From Candidatus Iainarchaeum sp. (lineage in GTDB: Archaea; Iainarchaeota; Iainarchaeia; Iainarchaeales; JAZDDZ01): 13,211 bases of DNA. Position 1 is the stretch's first letter. Every line of letters begins with the position of its first letter. Position numbers and translations under genes: made by a program. The stretch spans positions 1 through 13,211 of the forward strand of contig JAZDDZ010000006.1 in assembly GCA_043809245.1 (NCBI GenBank), read 5' to 3'. This document shows positions 8,097 through 13,211 of the stretch, one piece after another. The notes beneath the pieces were generated by a model that made no database searches, had not been told where the DNA came from, and saw only the letters and a program-made list of their open reading frames with translations.

Positions 8097-8126
8097 TATG
8101 ATTTTCTGTATAATTTGGTGTTCTTT

Positions 8127-8420
8127 ATGCAGGTTATTACAACGCGGGTTGGAGAAAAATTTGTTCAGGATTTGAAGGAAATTGAGAAAGATGAAAAGGC
8201 AGACCGCGCGGAAGTTGTGAGAAAGCTCCTGGCATCAGCAATTGGAGAATGGAAACTAAAAAAGGCCATTGGGCTTTTAAGGGAAAGAAAAATTACCCTC
8301 CGCACAGCGGCAAAAATCGCTGACGTTTCATATGCAACAATGCTTTCACTGGTGTCTTCGGCGGCAGTTGATTCGGGCTATTCATTGAAAGACCTTGAAA
8401 CAGATTTGGAGAGAATTTAG
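8127..8420 (+). CDS. UPF0175-family putative antitoxin with N-terminal ribbon-helix-helix
   Basis: RHH-like VITTRV...DRAEVVRKLL and UPF0175 HTH-like KITLRTAAKIADVSY. SD GGTG precedes ATG 8127, and the gene lies directly upstream of a PIN gene. Confidence 0.8.
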   Translation: MQVITTRVGEKFVQDLKEIEKDEKADRAEVVRKLLASAIGEWKLKKAIGLLRERKITLRTAAKIADVSYATMLSLVSSAAVDSGYSLKDLETDLERI

Positions 8421-8428
8421 GTGTTTTC

Positions 8429-8926
8429 TTGGTTGTCGTTGACTCCTCGGTTATCATACATCTTGCAAGGGTCGGCAGGCTATTGCTGTTAAAAGAGTGT
8501 TTTGGCGCCATAATTATCAGCAAAGGCGTTTACTCCGAAACAGCCGAGGCTCCTGACAAGATTTTTGGCAAAACAGAGATAAGGAAGGCTTGCGGTGAAT
8601 GGATTAAAATAGCGGATGCAGGGGATAAAAAATCCGTTGAAAAAATCTTGGAATCCGAACAGATAGAGCCGACCGATGCGGAATTGCTTGTTATTGCAAA
8701 GGAACAAAAAGACATTCTTTTGACAAATGATTTTTTGCTTGTGCAGGTTGCGCGGGCAGCAGGCGTGGAATGTTATTGGCCTACAACTTTTGCCTTGAAA
8801 TGCGTAAAGAAAAAAATAATCTCGCGGGCAGAAGCAAAGGAACTGTTATTCCAGTTAATAAATGCCGGAATGCGCCTTAAAATAGAGGTTTATGCCGCAA
8901 TCTTAAAAAAAATTGATGAAGTTTAG
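8429..8926 (+). CDS. PIN-domain protein (DUF3368/VapC-like putative toxin)
   Basis: PIN acidic motifs VVVDSSVII, VYSE, TDAELL and LLTND; TTG start with SD AGGTG. Confidence 0.82.
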   Translation: MVVVDSSVIIHLARVGRLLLLKECFGAIIISKGVYSETAEAPDKIFGKTEIRKACGEWIKIADAGDKKSVEKILESEQIEPTDAELLVIAKEQKDILLTNDFLLVQVARAAGVECYWPTTFALKCVKKKIISRAEAKELLFQLINAGMRLKIEVYAAILKKIDEV

Positions 8927-8935
8927 CCAATGCGC

Positions 8936-10192
8936 CTAATTTTTCATTATTTCCCTTAAAACAGTTGTGGCATAATTTCCCTTGTCAAGCGAAAATGAAA
9001 CCATTGCCTTCAATTTTCCCTCATTGAATTCATCGGATGAAATGCCGCGGAATTCAAGGTTTTCCGGCAGTAGGAGAATTTTTTTTCTTGCGCCCTTTGA
9101 GCTCAGCTCAGGCATTCCCGCAACCTTGAATTCGGAAAGCGAAAACCCTTCCTCTTCCAAAACCTTTTTTTCAATCTCCCCCGCTTTTCCTTCAGCGAGA
9201 ACAGATTCAAAACCATAAAGCGGCGCGGTCGGAATCCCGTCAAGCAGCACATCGCCTTCAACCGCCTTCAAGCCAATTCCTTCCTCAATCCTTTTGTTTA
9301 TCACCTTATTGAACAAATAACTCTGGAATGCATGCGAAAACATGTAACACAAATTTTTGGGGAGCTTCCTGAATGCGCCCGCAAAATCATTTGGGTATTT
9401 GCATAAGTGGTGTATTATTGCCCTTTCATACCTGTACTTTACGGGAAACTCGTTGCTTGCAGCGGAAAAATCCCCTGAATTAAGTAGATTGTTGCGCGCA
9501 ATAGTTACTTCCTCTTCTTCCTGCGGTGAAACAGATGTCAAATAGAGCATTACCGCTTCCTTTGTTTTTCCCTTCAGGAATTCCCTTCCAACCAAATGTG
9601 TTATTTCCCTTATCCCGCCGAACCTTTGCTCCCCAAAATAATTCGCAATGCCCTGCTTCATTTCATCAAAGCATTCCCTGATTCTTTTTTCGCATTCCTT
9701 TTCGCTTAAACCAATGTCCCTAACTGTAATTTCAAACGCGTTTCCCTTCAAATCCCCCAATTCAATCCTTTCCGCGCGCCATTCCGCGTCCCTTAAATCA
9801 AGGTAACGGCTCCTGAAGCCCTTCACGGCATTGTAATCCGGCTTCCACACCGAGATTTTCTGGGAGGTGATTGCCCTTTTGTCCTTCATTCCCGCAAAGC
9901 CAATTCGTTTCCTTGACACCCTTAAAAACCTGCAGAGCAGCCTTAACGCCAGATTCGTGTCGTAATTGAATTTTTCAAGTGTCAAATGCAGGGTTTCCTT
10001 TTTTTCCTCCTCAGCGGGCGGCTCCAGCCAAACCTTCTCCAGTTCCTTTTTTTCATTGTCCTCGCCAAAAACCAGTATTTCGCATTGCTTTCCTTCCTTT
10101 GTTATCTCCCTAACCTTGAAGTCGGAAATGCGTTGCTTCAGCCTTCCGCCGATGCCCTCGCTTTTAGTTGAAAAATACTCTATTCCGGTCAA
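8936..10192 (-). CDS. truD: tRNA pseudouridine(13) synthase TruD/Pus7
   Basis: GIGGRLKQRISDFKVRE, catalytic FAGMKDKRAITSQ, LGDLKGNAFEITVR, NYFGEQRFG, HAFQSYLFN and FSLDKGNYATTVLREIMK. Confidence 0.96.
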   Translation of the reverse strand: MTGIEYFSTKSEGIGGRLKQRISDFKVREITKEGKQCEILVFGEDNEKKELEKVWLEPPAEEEKKETLHLTLEKFNYDTNLALRLLCRFLRVSRKRIGFAGMKDKRAITSQKISVWKPDYNAVKGFRSRYLDLRDAEWRAERIELGDLKGNAFEITVRDIGLSEKECEKRIRECFDEMKQGIANYFGEQRFGGIREITHLVGREFLKGKTKEAVMLYLTSVSPQEEEEVTIARNNLLNSGDFSAASNEFPVKYRYERAIIHHLCKYPNDFAGAFRKLPKNLCYMFSHAFQSYLFNKVINKRIEEGIGLKAVEGDVLLDGIPTAPLYGFESVLAEGKAGEIEKKVLEEEGFSLSEFKVAGMPELSSKGARKKILLLPENLEFRGISSDEFNEGKLKAMVSFSLDKGNYATTVLREIMKN

Positions 10193-10215
10193 AAAAAATC
10201 TCCGCCCAATTGCAG

Positions 10216-11457
10216 CTATTTGTAGCGCAGTATAGCGCCAATGCCCCCAAAGGATTTAAGGAACTGCTCCCCTTCAGGAGTTTCAGTGCTGATAACTTTA
10301 ACTTCAGCGCTTGTTGCCTGCGCCTTTTCCAGCAAAAAATCAAGGTAATCAATCTCCTCAAGCACTTCAATTGCCCCCCTGCATTTCCTGCACTTTTCAT
10401 CATCAATGTTTTCAAGCGGGTTTTTCACAACGAATTCATCTGTTGCGCCGCACGCGCCGCAAACAACCTTTGCCACCCTCCACTCAACCCCCTCTGAAAG
10501 CATGAGTGTTTTCACCTTCGCGAGCGCAAGAGCTTCCTCCACGTCCTTCTGGCCGTAAGCAACAGCAAGGTCCTTTGAAACGGCTTCAAGGAAATCATTC
10601 ACCATCTTTCTCTCCCTCATCAATTCCGTGTCCTTCAAAACGTCCTCTGATTTCTGCACAAGTTCGCGTATTCCTGACTCATCAGTGTAGGCAGTGTCAA
10701 CAATTGCGATTATTTTTTCCCTTAACCTGTGGTCAACCAGTTCCTTTTCAAGAAAATAATTCTTGGTCATTCCGGGGCCGCCGACAATCATTCCCTTGAG
10801 CTTGTCGCCAACCGGAACAAACACTGTGTTTATTTTTTCGCTTATCCTCTTGTAAAAATCCTGTGCAGCCTCCTCGCGCAAGTGCTCGAATCTTTTTGCG
10901 CTCTGGCCCCCTGCCCTTGCCTTTCCCGCAACACCGCTTGTGAATTTTCCGAGTATGCTATAGGTTTTCCCGCTCAGTGTCGCAATTGTCGCCTCATTTT
11001 TGTCAATGACAACCAAGCCAAAGACTTCCGTGGGCTTAAGCATTTCCTTCAATGGCGCCAAATGGAACGCGGAGTCACACCAGTAAAGCTTTGTCTTCAA
11101 TTCCTTTGGGGGATGCACAGTGAAAAGCCGAATATTAGTCTGGCCTTCTTTTTCCGAGACATTTCCTGAGAAGACCACCAAACCGTTTGTTGGAAGCTTA
11201 TAATTGATTGATTTGAGAAAATTGATGATTTTCCTTAGCGCTCCCTGCACGCTTTTCCGCGTCTGGGGGCTTTTAATGTTCGAGCTCTGGCTTATCTCGG
11301 TCGTCAACTGCCCCATTACGCTGCTCCTGTCCGCGTTTTCCGGAATGTATACGCTAATCAGTTCTGTTCCCCTGCCTTTGAACTGCGCAAGGTATTTGAT
11401 TTTTTTCTTGAAAATGGAGAACTCTGCTTCATCCACTATTGGCTCTTTTAGCTGCAT
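10216..11457 (-). CDS. prf1: Archaeal peptide chain release factor aRF1
   Basis: GRGTELIS, NIKS, YWCDSAF (YxCxxxF), GGQS, a CxxC...CxxC mini-domain and FGGIGAILRY. Confidence 0.97.
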   Translation of the reverse strand: MQLKEPIVDEAEFSIFKKKIKYLAQFKGRGTELISVYIPENADRSSVMGQLTTEISQSSNIKSPQTRKSVQGALRKIINFLKSINYKLPTNGLVVFSGNVSEKEGQTNIRLFTVHPPKELKTKLYWCDSAFHLAPLKEMLKPTEVFGLVVIDKNEATIATLSGKTYSILGKFTSGVAGKARAGGQSAKRFEHLREEAAQDFYKRISEKINTVFVPVGDKLKGMIVGGPGMTKNYFLEKELVDHRLREKIIAIVDTAYTDESGIRELVQKSEDVLKDTELMRERKMVNDFLEAVSKDLAVAYGQKDVEEALALAKVKTLMLSEGVEWRVAKVVCGACGATDEFVVKNPLENIDDEKCRKCRGAIEVLEEIDYLDFLLEKAQATSAEVKVISTETPEGEQFLKSFGGIGAILRYK

Positions 11458-11508
11458 TAAACCACTTTTCGAGGATAAGTATTTTAATAGTTAAATGTTT
11501 ATAAATTA

Positions 11509-11599
11509 TATCAAAGGACAAAAATATGGATACAAAAATTGTCCTTTGATAGCTATCAAAAGACATCAAGAATAGTTTCCAAAATAATGTCTTTTGATA
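11509..11599. repeat. Four copies of TATCAAA(G/A)GACA in alternating orientation
   Basis: TATCAAAGGACAA 11509-11521 (+), TTGTCCTTTGATA 11539-11551 (-), TATCAAAAGACAT 11554-11566 (+), ATGTCTTTTGATA 11587-11599 (-). Confidence 0.92.
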
Positions 11600-11636
11600 T
11601 TAAGTTAAGAGTATTGAATGGCGCAAGGTGAACACA

Positions 11637-12401
11637 ATGTTTGACTTCTTCAATGAAATGCCAGGTGAAAAAAAAGAGGAAACACCCTATGAATCGCAGG
11701 CTTCGCCTTCCTCAAACGAAAGCCTTTTTGTTGTCTCGGTCGGAGGCTCCACTTTCATTGAAAAAAAGCTTGACACGGCGCTTCTCTCCAAAATTGCTTC
11801 AACAATTTCCTCGCTTGAACGCGAAGGATACAAATTTGTCATAGTTGTCGGAGGCGGAAAAATCTGCCGCGATTACGTGGCGGCTGCCAAAACATTGGGG
11901 GCAAACAACTTTGAACTGGATGAGTTAGGCGTGATGGTCACGCGCGTTAACGCGCAATTGTTCATTCACGCACTGGATAACGCTTTTCAAAAAGTCCTCA
12001 CGGAAGTGAAGGACGCCAAAAAAGTCCTGGATTCGGGAAAGATTCCTGTCTTCGGCGGACTTCTGCCTGGTTTTACAACCGATGCGGTTGCAGCGCTTAT
12101 TGCGGAATCACTTAACGCGGTTTTCATTAACCTCACAAACGTTGACGGAGTTTACAGCGCAAACCCGAAGCTCAGCGCCAAAGCCACTTTTTACAAGTCC
12201 CTTGACTTTGACCGCCTGCTGAAAATAGTTCTGCGCGCTGGCGCAGGGGAACCAGGGGCAAACGTTGTCTTGGACATTAACGCATGCAACATTCTCAAGC
12301 GCTCCAAAATCCCCACAATCGTTTTGAACGCAGATGACCTTCCAAACTTTGAGGCAGCGGTAAGGCACCAGGAATTCAGGGGCACGTTGATTAGGGAGTA
12401 A
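11637..12401 (+). CDS. pyrH: Uridylate (UMP) kinase, archaeal type, with an N-terminal extension
   Basis: VVSVGGS, IVVGGGKICRDY, LDELGVMVTRVNAQL, PGFTTDAVAALIAE, NLTNVDGVYSANPK and GTLI. SD AGGTGA (11626-11631) precedes ATG 11637. Confidence 0.95.
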   Translation: MFDFFNEMPGEKKEETPYESQASPSSNESLFVVSVGGSTFIEKKLDTALLSKIASTISSLEREGYKFVIVVGGGKICRDYVAAAKTLGANNFELDELGVMVTRVNAQLFIHALDNAFQKVLTEVKDAKKVLDSGKIPVFGGLLPGFTTDAVAALIAESLNAVFINLTNVDGVYSANPKLSAKATFYKSLDFDRLLKIVLRAGAGEPGANVVLDINACNILKRSKIPTIVLNADDLPNFEAAVRHQEFRGTLIRE

Positions 12402-12416
12402 TTAAAACTTTTGAAT

Positions 12417-12856
12417 TCATAGGGGTCGCTTAGGCTTAAACTTAATTCTTCTGGCTGGAGGCGGTTTTGGCGCTCGCCCAATTTGAATATCCCTAATCTT
12501 AAATTTGTCTCCGAGTACCTCTGCATCCCCTGCCCGGTTGTTCCTATGGTCAAAAGGACGACCGCGCCAAATTCTTGGTCTTCCAATTTTTTTGTTTAAT
12601 TTTTCAAGGTCTGAAAGTGCCCTCAAAATAGCCCTTTTTTTGATGGATGCACCCCTCTAAAATCCAAACGAGTATCCGAAAAGCTCATACGGCGCCCATA
12701 ATTCATTGCCCTTGCAACCAATTCTTCTACGATATGGCGGCCAAATATTTTGCGAAATTGCTCCTCTGAATTTCTGGATTTGACAAAATAGTCCATCCAT
12801 AATGTGTTTCTTTCAGTTCTGGGGGCATCAGAAAACCCCGGAGCCCTCACAAACAT
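12417..12856 (-). pseudogene. Basic hypothetical gene split into two ORFs (12856-12623 and 12626-12417) by an apparent -1 frameshift, or two coupled small genes
   Basis: Both frames are open only over 12623-12656, which contains an A7 run (T7 at 12635-12641 on +). Adding one A gives a 146-aa ORF. Confidence 0.45.
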
Positions 12857-12887
12857 AACAGCCGCGATTTTTTGCTTGTCGTTTATC

Positions 12888-12947
12888 GAACTCTATGCTC
12901 CCGTGGGCCAGAATACTGGGGGCTCGGAGCCAAAGCGTAGAGCCCAC
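12888..12947. ncRNA. Candidate structured element (multi-stem or pseudoknot), family unknown
   Basis: CTCTATGCT/AGCGTAGAG encloses CCAG-AATA-CTGG and GGCT-CGG-AGCC; additional GTGGGC/GCCCAC complementarity. Confidence 0.35.
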
Positions 12948-12980
12948 AGATGAATGGCCTTAAATACAATCTTTTTCTTT

Positions 12981-13036
12981 TTTCCGTATCGCGCGCGGCC
13001 CCCAAGGGGGGCCCTGTAACGGCGCGATAGGAGAAT
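12981..13036 (+). promoter_or_regulatory. GC-rich stem-loop downstream of a TATA-like box and abutting the SD of the next ORF
   Basis: TTAAATA at 12960-12966; TATCGCGC (12987-12994)/GCGCGATA (13022-13029); GGCCCCC/GGGGGCC (12997-13003/13007-13013); GGAG at 13030-13033. Confidence 0.45.
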
Positions 13037-13042
13037 ATCTTT

Positions 13043-13211
13043 ATGCAGACTGTTTTGAGTAGCGGGAGCGCTAAAAAACCATTGGGTGACACGCGCAGCA
13101 ACTGGTTGATGTTCATGTTTGTGTCAAAGTGCAGAAAGAATGTGTTCAGAAAGCGCAGCACAATCAATGCATGCGAGGCTGGATTTCGAGAGTTGGAAGA
13201 GTTTGGTTTCG
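13043..13211 (+). CDS. Possible hypothetical protein, 3'-truncated by the window edge
   Basis: ATG 13043 with GGAG 9 nt upstream; the frame is open to the window end (MQTVLSSGSAKKPLGDTRSNWLMFMFVSKCRKNVF...). No recognisable motif. Confidence 0.4.
   Translation, partial: MQTVLSSGSAKKPLGDTRSNWLMFMFVSKCRKNVFRKRSTINACEAGFRELEEFGF

Noticed and set aside
10216-11457. Stop-codon reassignment via an altered aRF1
   Set aside because: NIKS, YxCxxxF and GGQ are canonical, and TAA, TAG and TGA each end conserved genes here.
11509-11599. CRISPR mini-array or canonical Xer dif site
   Set aside because: The repeats are only 13 bp and alternate in orientation. Spacers of 17, 2 and 20 bp fit neither CRISPR nor the 11-6-11 dif layout.
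1116-12586. Short overlapping or antisense ORFs in endoQ, amrS, the TA pair, truD, prf1 and pyrH
   Set aside because: They overlap confidently identified genes and have no recognisable features.
12881-12960. tRNA gene (GTTCGA on the minus strand) or minimal HDV-like ribozyme (TCCCGT loop)
   Set aside because: No T-stem closes GTTCGA and there is no 7-nt anticodon loop. No P1 partner could be found for an HDV fold.
12883-13167. 94-aa minus-strand ORF
   Set aside because: It has an alternative start, crosses the structured and promoter region, and conflicts with the SD-led plus-strand ORF.
12987-13211. SRP RNA or 16S rRNA start
   Set aside because: No helix-8 CAGG...GNRA...AGCA motif is present in the window, and ACTGGTTGATG does not continue as the 16S start GGTTGATCCTGCC.
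1-13211. Diversity-generating retroelement, prophage or defence island
   Set aside because: No reverse transcriptase, template/variable repeat pair, integrase, capsid or cas gene was seen.

Overview
Archaeal chromosomal segment. It is probably from a DPANN-type genome (inferred from dense packing, GGTGA/GGAG ribosome-binding sites, TATA promoters and gene style; the taxon is not verified). The window opens in the 3' end of an IS200/IS605-family element that the ORF track misses: a TnpA C-terminus plus a right-end hairpin ending in TCAC at 139, apparently interrupting a host gene. Next come EndoQ (TIGR00375), a divergent AmmeMemoRadiSam radical SAM gene, a BofA-like membrane protein, a wHTH-fusion protein and a large S-layer glycoprotein with a structured leader. 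These are followed by a membrane-anchored hypothetical, a UPF0175/PIN toxin-antitoxin-like pair, truD, aRF1 and pyrH. The most unusual unexplained elements are non-coding: a four-copy nested inverted-repeat array (TATCAAARGACA) between aRF1 and pyrH, and two GC-rich structured elements around a shared TATA-like box at 12888-13036. A probably -1-frameshifted basic hypothetical gene lies beside them. No complete novel multi-gene system can be shown from sequence alone.
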